A stretch of 64,000 nucleotides of DNA from Longimicrobiales bacterium (GTDB taxonomy: Bacteria; Gemmatimonadota; Gemmatimonadetes; Longimicrobiales; Gaopeijiaceae): the NCBI GenBank assembly GCA_965238005.1, contig OZ250165.1:4096001-4160000 (forward strand), given 5' to 3'. Below the pieces are notes generated by a model. It saw only the letters and a program-made list of their open reading frames with translations, was not told the DNA's origin and did no database searches. Positions 49,036-59,216 of this stretch are shown here, one piece after another. The position numbers were made by a program, and so were the translations under genes. Every line of letters begins with the position of its first letter. Position 1 is the first letter of the stretch.

Positions 49036-51009
49036 ATGGGTGATCAGCCCTCAAAGCTCGAGTGCTTCCTGGCGGAGCTGGGACGCCGGCATGTGGTCAA
49101 GGTAGCCGTCGGTTACGCGGCCGTGGCCTTCGTCGTCCTCCAGCTCGGCGAGATCATCCTCCCGGCCTTCTCTGCGGAGTGGGCCCTCCAATACCTCGTG
49201 GTCTTTGCGGTGCTGGGCTTCCCGGTGGTCATGGTCCTGGCGTGGGTGTTCGACATCACGCCGGAGGGCATCCGTAAGACCGACGCTGGCGACGCCCCCC
49301 GGAACTACGTCCCCGGCATGCCTACCGCCGGAACCTTGCCCCGTCTGGCTCTCCTGACGATCACACTGCTTGCGGTGGGGGGTTTGGGTTGGTGGTGGGT
49401 CGAGAGCGCTGTCGAGCCACCCGCTGCCGTGACTACGGTGGACGGCGGACCAACGGTTGTTCCCGTGGCGTACGACCCCGACGATCCCATCCGCTCGCTG
49501 GCGGTGCTCCCTCTGGACGATTTCTCCGACACCGGCGAGCAAGACTACTTCGCCGCCGGGATGCACGAGGCGCTCATTGCTCGGTTGAGCCAGCTGCCGG
49601 CGATCAGGGTCGTGTCGAGGACGTCGGTGGCACGCTACACAACCGCCGCAGCAAGGACGATACCGGAGATCGCCCAGGAGCTGGGTGTGGAGGGCATCGT
49701 AGAGGGCTCCGTGACGCGCGCCGGCGACGAGATTCGGATCACGGTGCAGCTGATCCACGGTCCCAGCGACACCCACGTCTGGACCCAGAGCTACACCCGT
49801 GATTTCTCGGACGTCCTCACTCTCCAGGGCGAGGTGGCCGAGGCCATCGCCTGGGAGATCCAGGGGAAGCTGACGCCCGAGGAGAGAGCGACACTGTCCT
49901 CGGCCGCTCCCGTCAGTGAGGTTCCGGAGGCCAACGACGAGTTCATGAGGGCCCGCTACGCCCAGTCGAGACAGACTTTGGAGGGGCTCCAGGCCGCCAT
50001 GGGCCACTACAGCGAGGCCCTGGAGGCCGACCCGACCTTCGCACCGGCGTATGCCGGCCTGGCCGGGACGGAGCTCATGATGGAGATGGCTGACCCCACC
50101 GACCCCGCCGCCTCGCTGGCGTGGGCAAGGCTCATGGCTTTGAAGGCGCTGGAAGTGGATCCCGACTTGCCGGAGGCCCACGATATCCTGACGCTCATTG
50201 ACGAGCACCTCAGCGAGGAGATGGGAGATCCCGCCATCCGGCCGACTCCGCCAAGACCGGGGAGCGAGGTCCGCATCGTGCGTCGGCGAGGAGAGGCGGC
50301 CGTGGGGAGTGGAGACTTCCTCTCTGTCATCAAGCTCGACTCGGTGGCGGCCGCAAACGTGGGCGAGTTCAGGATGGACTCCACTCGCATCTTCGAGAGC
50401 ACGACCGAGGTAGGCCAGCAGCTCCAGGCGGCGTGGGCCGGGTGGGCCGTCAGGAGAGGGGGGCCGATGGCGAACCAGCCGACCCGCATGATCCATGCGG
50501 CACAGCAGTTGAAGGCCGCAGGACGGACGGAAGAGGCCATCGCACTCCTGCAGGAGGTCTGCGAGCTGGATCCCGCGCACCAGGAGACCTGGGAGGCGCT
50601 GGAGCTCATCTATGCGTCCCGGGGCGATTACGAGGATCTCCTGGACATGCGACAGGTCTGGGTGGAGCACGCCAGAGGAGACGCGGAGTCGGTGGCCCGG
50701 CTCGAAGAGCGGATGCTTGAGGACGGACCCGAGGGGTACTGGGAGTGGCGCCTCGAGGAGCTCCAGGGGCGCACGGCCGAGGGGCAGCCGGTCTCGCCGG
50801 TCTACATGGCGGCGGCCTACGCGGGCACGGGGGCCGATGACGAGGCCCTGGATCTTCTGGAGGACGCCTTTCGCAGGCGGGACCGTCGTCTGACGTCTCT
50901 CCGCACCGATGCGGTGTGGGATCCCCTGCGCTCCGATCCGCGCTTCGCCACGCTCGTGAATCGCATGCGCGGGCCGGTCTTCCGCCGGACCCGGCGCCCC
51001 GGCCTCTAG
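49036..51009 (+). CDS. Membrane protein with TolB-like N-terminal domain and TPR repeats
   Basis: FLAELGRRHVVKV, 3 TM helices; SLAVLPL..YFAAGM..RVVSRTS..VEGSV; DPLRSDPRF. Confidence 0.85.
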   Translation: MGDQPSKLECFLAELGRRHVVKVAVGYAAVAFVVLQLGEIILPAFSAEWALQYLVVFAVLGFPVVMVLAWVFDITPEGIRKTDAGDAPRNYVPGMPTAGTLPRLALLTITLLAVGGLGWWWVESAVEPPAAVTTVDGGPTVVPVAYDPDDPIRSLAVLPLDDFSDTGEQDYFAAGMHEALIARLSQLPAIRVVSRTSVARYTTAAARTIPEIAQELGVEGIVEGSVTRAGDEIRITVQLIHGPSDTHVWTQSYTRDFSDVLTLQGEVAEAIAWEIQGKLTPEERATLSSAAPVSEVPEANDEFMRARYAQSRQTLEGLQAAMGHYSEALEADPTFAPAYAGLAGTELMMEMADPTDPAASLAWARLMALKALEVDPDLPEAHDILTLIDEHLSEEMGDPAIRPTPPRPGSEVRIVRRRGEAAVGSGDFLSVIKLDSVAAANVGEFRMDSTRIFESTTEVGQQLQAAWAGWAVRRGGPMANQPTRMIHAAQQLKAAGRTEEAIALLQEVCELDPAHQETWEALELIYASRGDYEDLLDMRQVWVEHARGDAESVARLEERMLEDGPEGYWEWRLEELQGRTAEGQPVSPVYMAAAYAGTGADDEALDLLEDAFRRRDRRLTSLRTDAVWDPLRSDPRFATLVNRMRGPVFRRTRRPGL

Positions 51010-51121
51010 GAATCTCTCCAGCGCCCCTCCGCAGGTCGGTTTCTCGAGTTGTTGAAGAGCCTCTTTTTCGTTAGTTTTCAACGACTTAGCCCACATTAAC
51101 CAGTCCCTTCGCAGAGCCTCT

Positions 51122-51508
51122 TTGAGACGCATCCTCGAAGTCATTTCTGCAGGCCTTTTCTTGGCCGGTCTAGAGCTGGCCGTCGGAACTCCCAGCCTCA
51201 CCATCACCCGCCTGAGGGAGAGCTTCACCAACCCGCTGGAATCGGATGGAGCGGATGCTGTGCCGTGGAGGTTCGCGGCTGGGATTGGGCTGATGGTATT
51301 GGCGGTAGTGCTGGCTGGCGTGACGGTCCTCGCTCGCTACCACCAGGGGAGAATACAGGAACACGACGGGTGCCCGAAGTGTGGTGCCCGAACCAGGAGA
51401 GTGCGGCGCGAGATACTACACCGGATCCTCGGCCGGCTGGCGGGCGAATCGCTCTCGGCCAGGCATTGCGGGGACTGTGGCTGGAGAGGTCTCAGCTATT
51501 TGCACTGA
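51122..51508 (+). CDS. Hypothetical membrane protein with C-terminal zinc ribbon
   Basis: Two hydrophobic segments; CPKC..CGDCGW; TTG start. Confidence 0.6.
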   Translation: MRRILEVISAGLFLAGLELAVGTPSLTITRLRESFTNPLESDGADAVPWRFAAGIGLMVLAVVLAGVTVLARYHQGRIQEHDGCPKCGARTRRVRREILHRILGRLAGESLSARHCGDCGWRGLSYLH

Positions 51509-51554
51509 CGACGTGACCAGGACGCGTCGACCCTATTTTACGAAGGCGAACTGA

Positions 51555-54182
51555 ATGGCGAACGACGAGCTCCGCCCGGGTGGAGAGAAGGTTCTAGAGC
51601 GTATCCTCGAAGACGAGATGCGTGAGTCGTTCATCGACTACTCGATGAGCGTCATCGTCCAGAGGGCTCTTCCCGACGTACGGGACGGATTGAAGCCTGT
51701 ACACCGGCGCATCCTCTACGCCATGAGCGAGTTGGGACTCAGTCCGGGACGGGCGTACAAGAAGTCCGCCACCGTCGTCGGCGAGGTCCTGGGCAAGTAC
51801 CACCCGCACGGCGACTCGGCCGTCTACGACTCCATGGTCCGGATGGTCCAGGACTTCTCGCTGCGCTACCCCCTCGTGGACGGTCAGGGAAACTTCGGCT
51901 CCATCGACGGAGACTCGGCGGCGGCCTACCGGTACACAGAGGCCCGCCTCATGGCCCTGGCCACGGAGCTCCTGGAGGACATCGACAAGGAGACGGTGTC
52001 GTTCTCGCCGAACTTCGACGGGCGCCTCGAGGAGCCTACGGTCCTTCCTGCCAAGGTCCCGAACCTCCTCATCAACGGCAGCTCGGGCATCGCCGTCGGG
52101 ATGGCGACGAACATCCCGCCACACAACCTGAGTGAGATCATCGCCGCCACCAAGGCGCTCATCGAAGATCCGCAGCTTCCCCAGGAGGAGCTCGAGAGGC
52201 TGGTAACCGGCCCGGACTTCCCCACGGGGGCCTATATCTGTGGCCGGCAGGGCATCGAGGACGCCTATCGGACCGGTCGTGGGCGTATCGTCATGCGCGC
52301 CCGGGCCTCTATCGAAGAGGTGGACGCGAACTCCGAGCGGATCGTGGTGACCGAGATCCCGTTCATGGTGAACAAGTCGCGGCTCATCGAGCAGATCGCT
52401 CAGCTGGTCCGGGACAAGAAGCTCACCGAGATTCGCGACCTGAGGGACGAGTCGGACCGGGACGGCCTCCGGATCGTCATCGAGCTCAAGAGGGACGCCA
52501 TCCCGCAGATCGTCCTGAACGGGCTGTACAAGCACACCCAGATGCAGTCCACCTTCGGAACCATCCTTCTTGCTCTGGTGAACGGCGTCCCGCGCGTGCT
52601 CTCCCTCAAGGAGATGCTCCTCCACTTCATCGACCACCGGCACAACGTGGTGGTGCGGCGCACCGCCTTCGATCTGGCCCGCGCCGAGGAGCGCGAGCAC
52701 ATCCTGGAGGGTCTCAAGATCGCCGTCGACAACATCGACGAGGTCATCAAGATCATCCGGGGATCCAGAGACGCCGAAACGGCTTCCACCCGTCTCCAAG
52801 ACACCTTCGAGCTCTCGGAGCGCCAGGCCAAGGCCATCCTCGACATGAGGCTCGCCAAGCTGACCGGCCTCGAGTTGGAGAAGCTCGAGGAGGAGCTCGC
52901 CGACGTCCGCGCCACCATTGAGGGGCTGCGGACGATCCTTGGCAGCAAGGAACGCCGCATGGCGATCGTCTCCGAAGAGCTGACCGCCATTGAGAAGAAG
53001 TACGGGGACGAGCGCCGCAGCGAGATCGTCAACGACGCGTCTTCCCTCGGAGTGGAGGATCTCATCGCCGACGAGGAGATGGTTATCACCGTCTCGCGTC
53101 AGGGCTACGTGAAGCGGGCGGAGATCGATACCTACCGTGCCCAGCGACGTGGGGGCCGGGGGCTACAGGGCATGGGCACGAAGGAAGAGGACTGGGTGGA
53201 GCACCTCTTCGTGGCCTCCGCCCACGAATATCTCATGATCTTCACCCGCTCGGGGCAGTGTCACTGGCTGAAGGTATGGCAGGTCCCCCCGGCGGGGCGG
53301 CATTCCAGGGGCAAGCCCATCGTCAACCTCCTGAACATCGATCCTGCCGACGAGATCGCGTCCATCGTTCCCGTCCGGGAGTTCTCCGACGATCACTACC
53401 TGCTCTTCTGCACCAAGGAAGGCACGGTCAAGAAGACGGCTCTTTCGGCCTACGGAAACGTCCGCTCCGTGGGCCTCATCGGCATCAACATCCGAGAGGG
53501 CGACGAGCTCATCGACGTCCGGATCACCGACGGTGACAACGAGGTGATCCTCGCGACACAGAAGGGCATGGCCATACGGTTCAACGAGCGGGATGCACGG
53601 AGCCAGGGCCGAGTGTCCGAGGGCGTTCGCGGCATCAGGCTCGGTGAGGACGACCACGTGGTCGGCATGGTCGTGGTCCGCCGAGAGGAGGCCACCCTGC
53701 TCGTGGTCTCCGAGGGCGGGATGGGCAAGCGCACCGCCATCGACGCCTACCGGCTACAAGCCCGGGGCGGCAAGGGCGTGATCAACCTCAAGACGACCGA
53801 GAAGACGGGTAAGGTCGTGGCGATCAAGTCCGTCGTTCCCCACGATCAGCTCATGGTCATCACGCGGAACGGCGTCATCAATCGCCAGCGCATCGACGAG
53901 ATCCGGGTGATCGGCCGGGCGACGCAAGGAGTCCGTCTCGTGAACCTGGACGATGGCGACGTGGTCATGGACGTGGCGCGCGTCATCCCGGAGCACGGGA
54001 ACGGAGATTCGGACGGCGACGACGCGTCCGAGGCAGAGGACAGCGCCGTCGTCGAGGGTAGCGCGGACGTCGAGGCCACGGTCGGAGTCGAGGGCGCCGC
54101 CGTCGCGGAGGGCGGTGTGGGTGCCGAGGCGGCACAGGAGACCGGGGACGCCGAGGGCGAGGCTGATTCCGAAGGTGAGTGA
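51555..54182 (+). CDS. gyrA: DNA gyrase subunit A
   Basis: [23 protein letters not shown], GyrA-box QRRGGRG, acidic tail. Confidence 0.98.
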   Translation: MANDELRPGGEKVLERILEDEMRESFIDYSMSVIVQRALPDVRDGLKPVHRRILYAMSELGLSPGRAYKKSATVVGEVLGKYHPHGDSAVYDSMVRMVQDFSLRYPLVDGQGNFGSIDGDSAAAYRYTEARLMALATELLEDIDKETVSFSPNFDGRLEEPTVLPAKVPNLLINGSSGIAVGMATNIPPHNLSEIIAATKALIEDPQLPQEELERLVTGPDFPTGAYICGRQGIEDAYRTGRGRIVMRARASIEEVDANSERIVVTEIPFMVNKSRLIEQIAQLVRDKKLTEIRDLRDESDRDGLRIVIELKRDAIPQIVLNGLYKHTQMQSTFGTILLALVNGVPRVLSLKEMLLHFIDHRHNVVVRRTAFDLARAEEREHILEGLKIAVDNIDEVIKIIRGSRDAETASTRLQDTFELSERQAKAILDMRLAKLTGLELEKLEEELADVRATIEGLRTILGSKERRMAIVSEELTAIEKKYGDERRSEIVNDASSLGVEDLIADEEMVITVSRQGYVKRAEIDTYRAQRRGGRGLQGMGTKEEDWVEHLFVASAHEYLMIFTRSGQCHWLKVWQVPPAGRHSRGKPIVNLLNIDPADEIASIVPVREFSDDHYLLFCTKEGTVKKTALSAYGNVRSVGLIGINIREGDELIDVRITDGDNEVILATQKGMAIRFNERDARSQGRVSEGVRGIRLGEDDHVVGMVVVRREEATLLVVSEGGMGKRTAIDAYRLQARGGKGVINLKTTEKTGKVVAIKSVVPHDQLMVITRNGVINRQRIDEIRVIGRATQGVRLVNLDDGDVVMDVARVIPEHGNGDSDGDDASEAEDSAVVEGSADVEATVGVEGAAVAEGGVGAEAAQETGDAEGEADSEGE

Positions 54183-55131
54183 AGCCCTCGTCGGGCTCGA
54201 CGCCATCCGGGAAGCCCATGAGCGGATCCGCTCCGTCGTGGTGCGGACGCCCCTCCACCCGGCCGACGCTCTTCAGGACGAGTTGTGGGGCGAGGTTCGC
54301 CTGAAGCTCGAGTCCCTACAGCGGGCCGGCTCGTTCAAGATCCGAGGGGCCTACAACTTCGTCGCTCAAATCCCCGAGGAAGAGCGAGCCAGGGGCATCA
54401 TCACATACTCGTCGGGGAACCACGCCCAGGCCGTGGCCCTCGCCGCCCAGCTTCATGGGATCCGGGCGGTCGTGGTGATGCCCGTGACGGCGCCGGAGGT
54501 GAAGCGGAAGGGTGCCGAACGGCTGGGTGCCGAGGTGGTACTGGAGGGGACCACCTCCCTGCAACGGAAGGTCCGAGCCGAGGCCATCGCCGGAGCGGAG
54601 GGGCTGGCCATGGTGCCGCCCTTCGACCACCCGCGGATCATCGCCGGCCAGGGTACGGTCGGACTCGAGGTGGCTGAGGACTGGGACGCGTTCGACACCG
54701 TCCTGCTCCCCATAGGAGGGGGTGGCCTGTGCAGCGGATCCGCGGCCGCAATTCGCCGGCTGCGGCCGACAGTGACAATCCTCGGCGTAGAGCCCGTGGG
54801 GGGGGCGTCCATGCGGGCAGCCTTGGACGCGGGAGAGCCGGTGACACTCGAGAGCAGCGAGTCTCTGGCCGACGGGCTCCTCCCGCTGCGGACCGGCGAC
54901 CACACCTTCCGGCACGTCCGTGAGCTCGTGGACGACGTCGTCCTCGTGGATGACCAGGCGATTCGGGAGGCGGCCGCCTTTCTCTTCGCCCGGCAGAGAC
55001 TGGTGGTCGAGTTCTCGGGGGCCGCGACGGTCGCAGCCCTGCGAAACGGTGGGGTGGAGACCCGCGACAAGAGGACGGTGGCGGTGATAAGCGGTGGGAA
55101 CATTGATCCCACCATTCTCGCCGCGCTCTAG
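54175..55131 (+). CDS. Threonine/serine dehydratase (PLP)
   Basis: [40 protein letters not shown]. Confidence 0.92.
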   Translation: MSEALVGLDAIREAHERIRSVVVRTPLHPADALQDELWGEVRLKLESLQRAGSFKIRGAYNFVAQIPEEERARGIITYSSGNHAQAVALAAQLHGIRAVVVMPVTAPEVKRKGAERLGAEVVLEGTTSLQRKVRAEAIAGAEGLAMVPPFDHPRIIAGQGTVGLEVAEDWDAFDTVLLPIGGGGLCSGSAAAIRRLRPTVTILGVEPVGGASMRAALDAGEPVTLESSESLADGLLPLRTGDHTFRHVRELVDDVVLVDDQAIREAAAFLFARQRLVVEFSGAATVAALRNGGVETRDKRTVAVISGGNIDPTILAAL

Positions 55132-55133
55132 TG

Positions 55134-55817
55134 ATGCAGCGCCTGATCCTATTCGACATCGATGGAACCCTGGCGGAGGGCGGCCCCGCCAAGGGAGCCT
55201 TTCACGCGGCCATGATGGCCACCTTCGGCACCGCAGGCGTCATCGAGTCACACAGCTTTTCCGGAAAGACCGATCCCCAGATAGCTCGGGAGCTGCTGGT
55301 TGCCAGCGGCTTCGACGACGACGAGATCGACGCCGGATTCCCGGGCCTCTGGCAGGGGTATGCGGAGGAGCTGGAGCGCCGCATCGTCGCCAATCCCATG
55401 CGGCTTCTGCCGGGCGTCAAGAAACTCATCCAGGCCCTCGAGGCGGAGGCCGAAGTGGCCTTGGGGCTCGTGACGGGCAACATCGCCCGCGGCGCTCGAC
55501 TGAAGCTCGGATCCGTGGGCTTGGACGGACGGTTCCACGTGGGCGGCTATGGATCGGATCACGAAGAGAGGGAGTACCTTCCCGGCATCGCGTTGAGCAG
55601 AGCGGCGGAGACGTGGGGGGTCAGGTTCGAGACCGACTGCGTGTTCGTGGTCGGCGACATGCCGCGCGACGTTCAGTGCGGCAAGCATCACGGGACCAGG
55701 ACCGCGGCCGTCGCCACGGGGCACTTCGACGAGGAACAGCTGGAGGCGGCGGGTGCGGACGTGGTCTTCGAGGACTTCTCAGAGGTATCGGCGGTGTTGG
55801 AGATCCTCCTGGCCTGA
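55134..55817 (+). CDS. HAD family hydrolase
   Basis: LFDIDGTL, VTGN, VGDMPRDV. Confidence 0.9.
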   Translation: MQRLILFDIDGTLAEGGPAKGAFHAAMMATFGTAGVIESHSFSGKTDPQIARELLVASGFDDDEIDAGFPGLWQGYAEELERRIVANPMRLLPGVKKLIQALEAEAEVALGLVTGNIARGARLKLGSVGLDGRFHVGGYGSDHEEREYLPGIALSRAAETWGVRFETDCVFVVGDMPRDVQCGKHHGTRTAAVATGHFDEEQLEAAGADVVFEDFSEVSAVLEILLA

Positions 55818-55855
55818 CCGTTGGCGGGCTTTCCATTTGCCGGGGCCGCGGAGGG

Positions 55856-55880
55856 GGAACATCTTGTTTCGGCCCGCGTA
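55856..55880 (+). promoter_or_regulatory. ECF-type promoter motif
   Basis: GGAAC-N16-CGTA upstream of the DsbA-like gene. Confidence 0.35.
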
Positions 55881-55927
55881 GCGGGTTTGACGACGAGGGC
55901 CATGCACTCGAGAAGTGGAGTCAGCTC

Positions 55928-56668
55928 GTGTCTGAACAGAGGAGTGGGGATCTCAGGGGGTTCTACATGGTTCTTGCCGCGGTCGGCATCATCGCCGCCG
56001 GCGCCATTGCGTGGACGTTCCTTCAGAGCACCCTGAGCTCGGCCGCGACCGAGCCGATTCTCGAGATCGTGACCGGCCACCTCACCGACGTGGCCGCGCT
56101 GGTGAACCTGGCCACCGGCATCGAGCGGGGCGATCCCAACGCGCCCATTACGATCATGGAGTTCGGGGACTACCAGTGCCCGGCGTGCGACCAGTTCGCC
56201 ACGCTCGTGAAGCCCCAGGTGGACCTGGCGTACATCGAGACCGGCATGGCCCGCTTCGTCTTCCACGACTTCCCCTTGGCGGGGCACGCGTATGCCTTCG
56301 TGGCGGCGAGGGCCGCCCGCTGTGCGCTCGACCAGGGCGAGGAGTTCTACTGGCCGTTCCACGATCAGCTCTTCGCGCACCAGTCCACCTGGTCCGTGAG
56401 CCAGTCTCCCCCCCTGAACGCCTACGAGACGTACGCCGTCACCATCGGGTTGGACGCCGACGACTTCAGGGCCTGCCTCGACAGCGACCGACACGCCGAC
56501 GTGGTGAGCGCGAACATGAGGCTCGGGATGGAGCTGGGCGTTACGGGCACACCGACACTCTACGTTAGCAAGGGCGGCGGCACGGCGACGCGGGTCAACC
56601 GCTGGGGTGAGTTCGCCGGCGTCCAAGAGGTCATCGAGCGTTTGATGAGCGAAAGCGAGGGGAATTGA
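55928..56668 (+). CDS. Membrane-anchored DsbA/BdbD-like thiol-disulfide oxidoreductase
   Basis: N-terminal TM; GDPNAPITIMEFGDYQCPAC, HDFPL, GVTGTPT. Confidence 0.9.
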   Translation: MSEQRSGDLRGFYMVLAAVGIIAAGAIAWTFLQSTLSSAATEPILEIVTGHLTDVAALVNLATGIERGDPNAPITIMEFGDYQCPACDQFATLVKPQVDLAYIETGMARFVFHDFPLAGHAYAFVAARAARCALDQGEEFYWPFHDQLFAHQSTWSVSQSPPLNAYETYAVTIGLDADDFRACLDSDRHADVVSANMRLGMELGVTGTPTLYVSKGGGTATRVNRWGEFAGVQEVIERLMSESEGN

Positions 56669-56865
56669 GCGCCGACGTCGCCAGGGTAAGGCTCCTTTTC
56701 GTGGACGGCGGCTCCTATCACCACGAGGAGATCGAGATTCCCACTGCCATACTCGGGCGCTACCAGCGCCTGATCGACTGCCTTCAGGAGGAGCCCGACG
56801 TTCTCAAGCAGGTCTATGTAGACATGTCGCGCCTGTGCTCGGCGCAACTGGTGGAGAGCTCCTAG
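56665..56865 (+). CDS. Hypothetical protein (66 aa)
   Basis: TTGA overlap with upstream stop, GAGGGG RBS, normal codon use. Confidence 0.65.
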   Translation: MSADVARVRLLFVDGGSYHHEEIEIPTAILGRYQRLIDCLQEEPDVLKQVYVDMSRLCSAQLVESS

Positions 56866-57392
56866 AGCCGCTCCCGGGCCCGGGCGAGGGTCCACTCACG
56901 CACGACAGGCGGAGGCCAGAGCCCGGCTTCCGCCTGTTGCTTCAGGGCCAGGGCCTCGGCCCGCGCTCGCCGGGCGACTTCCTCCGTCACCCATCCCCGC
57001 GCCTCCGCTTCCTCGAGCTCTTCCTCGTCCAGGATCTGAACCCGGCCGGTCGGGTCCCTCCAGACGTCGAGGAAGAGGTCCGTCGTGCGCCACGTGCCGC
57101 CCTCCTCGAACGCGCACGGTGTTAGGATGTTGGCGTACGTCCCCGTGAAGGTCCCGTCGGCTCGGTGGAATAGCCCGACGTCGTGCCACGCGCCGGGGAA
57201 GGTGAACCAGATCACCTCGGAGCCGGTCTCCAGGACGACATCGCCGTCGATTCGGATGGGCGGCTCGAAGCTCAGGTCGGTGGAGAAGGTGATCTTCACC
57301 TCGGCGTCGTCCCAGATCAGGTGCTGGGTGAAGATCTGCTCTCGGTCGGGAGGCCTGAGGTAGTGGATGTCGATCAGCGGCGGATCGCCCAT
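56862..57392 (-). CDS. DUF402 domain protein
   Basis: WFTFPGAWHDVG..YANILTP..DLFLDV..ILDEEELEEA. Confidence 0.8.
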   Translation of the reverse strand: MGDPPLIDIHYLRPPDREQIFTQHLIWDDAEVKITFSTDLSFEPPIRIDGDVVLETGSEVIWFTFPGAWHDVGLFHRADGTFTGTYANILTPCAFEEGGTWRTTDLFLDVWRDPTGRVQILDEEELEEAEARGWVTEEVARRARAEALALKQQAEAGLWPPPVVREWTLARARERL

Positions 57393-57396
57393 GCGC

Positions 57397-57726
57397 TCAG
57401 AGGCCGACCGCTTCTACGAAGATCTCCATGATGCCTCCGCAGACCGCGGGGCTCAGGGATAGCAGGTCTTCGGTGAGGTCGACACGGACGATGCGAGGCT
57501 CGCCGGTGCGCAGAACCTCCAGGGCGGCCTCTATGACCTCGGCCTCACCGCATCCGCCGCCCACCGTCCCCACCAGCCCGCGTTCGGGATCTACCAGCAT
57601 CTTGGCCCCGACCTTGCGGGGGGCCGACCCTTTGGTGGCCACGATGGTCGCAAGGGCGCAGGGGCGGCCCTCGCGCACCTTGTCCATCATGGTCCGGTAG
57701 AGGTTGTAATCGTCTTGTCGATTCAT
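57397..57726 (-). CDS. XdhC/CoxI N-terminal domain protein
   Basis: ALATIV..GSAPRKVGAKM..GTVGGGCGE..CGGIMEIFVE. Confidence 0.9.
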   Translation of the reverse strand: MNRQDDYNLYRTMMDKVREGRPCALATIVATKGSAPRKVGAKMLVDPERGLVGTVGGGCGEAEVIEAALEVLRTGEPRIVRVDLTEDLLSLSPAVCGGIMEIFVEAVGL

Positions 57727-57744
57727 CGAAAGACAGTCGGGCTC

Positions 57745-58584
57745 CTAGAAGAATCGGTCAAGGACCCGCTCTCTGTCCGCGAGTGGGGAGCCGGCGCCGC
57801 CCCTCCGGAGGAGCACGATCTCGGCCGCCACGCTCACCGCGATCTCGGCGGGCGTCTCGGCCCCGATGTCGAGCCCCAGCGGGGCCCGGACTCGTGCGAG
57901 GCGATCCCTGGGGAGGCCCTCGTTCACGAGCTGGGCGAAGGCCGCTCGAACGCGCCGCCGGCTCCCGATCATGCCGATGTACGGCGGCTCCACCTCCATC
58001 CTCAGGATGTGCCGGAGGCACTCGTAGTCGTACTTGTGTCCCCGGGTCACCAGCACCACGTGGCTCGTCGAGTGGATGAGGACGTCGGCGAACGGATCGG
58101 CGAAGTCCACCCGCACGACCCGGTTCGCCTCGGGGAAGCGCTCCCGGGTGGCGAAGTCGGAACGGTCGTCGATGACGGTGACCCGAAAGCCCATGAGCGC
58201 ACCCACGGCGCAGAGCGGCTGCGCGATGTGACCGGCCCCCACGATCACCAGGTCCGGGTGTGGGTGATGGCCCTCGATGTACACGCTGACCTTCTCGCCG
58301 ACGGTGGATGCCAGCTCGTGAATCCCGTCCACGTTGGACGCGGGGTCCGCCAGGACGCTCTCGGCCAGGGCGAACGCCGCCTCGTCCAGGGCAGCGTCAC
58401 CGAAGGATCCGATGCGCCGAAGGGTTCCGCTGTCGGACTGTCGGATCACGACCCGCCGGCCCACCAGCTCCGTTGGACCGTCCACGGGTACGATGATCGC
58501 CGCGGCCTCGCGGGCCTCCTGGGCATCGAGGATCTCTTCGGCGGCCCTGAAGGCCGGGAGTGAGCTTTGGTCGGGAGCTGTCAT
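57745..58584 (-). CDS. XdhC family protein (Rossmann domain)
   Basis: IVGAGHIA, VIDDR, VTRGHKYD, YIGMIGS, PLGLDIGAETPAEIA. Confidence 0.92.
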   Translation of the reverse strand: MTAPDQSSLPAFRAAEEILDAQEAREAAAIIVPVDGPTELVGRRVVIRQSDSGTLRRIGSFGDAALDEAAFALAESVLADPASNVDGIHELASTVGEKVSVYIEGHHPHPDLVIVGAGHIAQPLCAVGALMGFRVTVIDDRSDFATRERFPEANRVVRVDFADPFADVLIHSTSHVVLVTRGHKYDYECLRHILRMEVEPPYIGMIGSRRRVRAAFAQLVNEGLPRDRLARVRAPLGLDIGAETPAEIAVSVAAEIVLLRRGGAGSPLADRERVLDRFF

Positions 58585-59216
58585 CGCGCCTGAAAACGTT
58601 GGCGGTACGCGTCGGGAAAGTGCCGACGGTAGTCGGTTAGATCGTCGATGTCGATGACGGTGCCTTGGTCCTCCACCGGAATCAGAGCCGCCACATCCAG
58701 GTGACGATAGACCACGGTCTTCGCCCCCTGTGGCAAGTTGTCATCGAGGAGCTCGTCGAAGAGGGTCCGTCGGAACACCACTGGATGTCCGCGTTTGCCC
58801 TGGAAGGTCGGTAGGGTGAGCGATCTCTCGTTCGAGTGGAATTCCGCGAGCAGCGTGCACACGGTGTCTGCCTGGAGCAGCGGATAGTCCACGGGACAGA
58901 AGGCGACCCCCTCCACCGAGGGATCCAGACTGCGAAGAGCCGCGCGCAAGGACCCGATGGGGCCGTCCTCCGGCGAGGGGTTCGTCACGACGACGGCGCC
59001 GGCCTCTCCGGCCTTCGCGGCGACCGGACCCTTCGGCGTCGGGAGGGCCACCAGGATCCGCGCACAGCCCCCGTCGTGGAGGGCGTGAATCACACGCTCG
59101 AGAAAGGTGCGGCCGCCGGCGTCCAGCATGGCCTTGGGCGTTCCCATCCGGCTCGAGACGCCGGAGCAGGGAACGACCCCCCAAACGTCAGCCTGCAAAG
59201 GACTCGTAGAAGCCAC
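58581..59216 (-). CDS. MocA/MobA-like nucleotidyltransferase
   Basis: SGVSSRMGTPK, VDYP, GKRGHPV, DIDDLTDY. Confidence 0.88.
   Translation of the reverse strand: MASTSPLQADVWGVVPCSGVSSRMGTPKAMLDAGGRTFLERVIHALHDGGCARILVALPTPKGPVAAKAGEAGAVVVTNPSPEDGPIGSLRAALRSLDPSVEGVAFCPVDYPLLQADTVCTLLAEFHSNERSLTLPTFQGKRGHPVVFRRTLFDELLDDNLPQGAKTVVYRHLDVAALIPVEDQGTVIDIDDLTDYRRHFPDAYRQRFQAR

Noticed and set aside
53990..54182. Unusual acidic GyrA tail
   Set aside because: Acidic low-complexity C-terminal tails are normal for GyrA.
55094..55927. N-terminal extension of the DsbA-like ORF
   Set aside because: Overlaps the HAD gene out of frame; a GTG with RBS lies at 55928.
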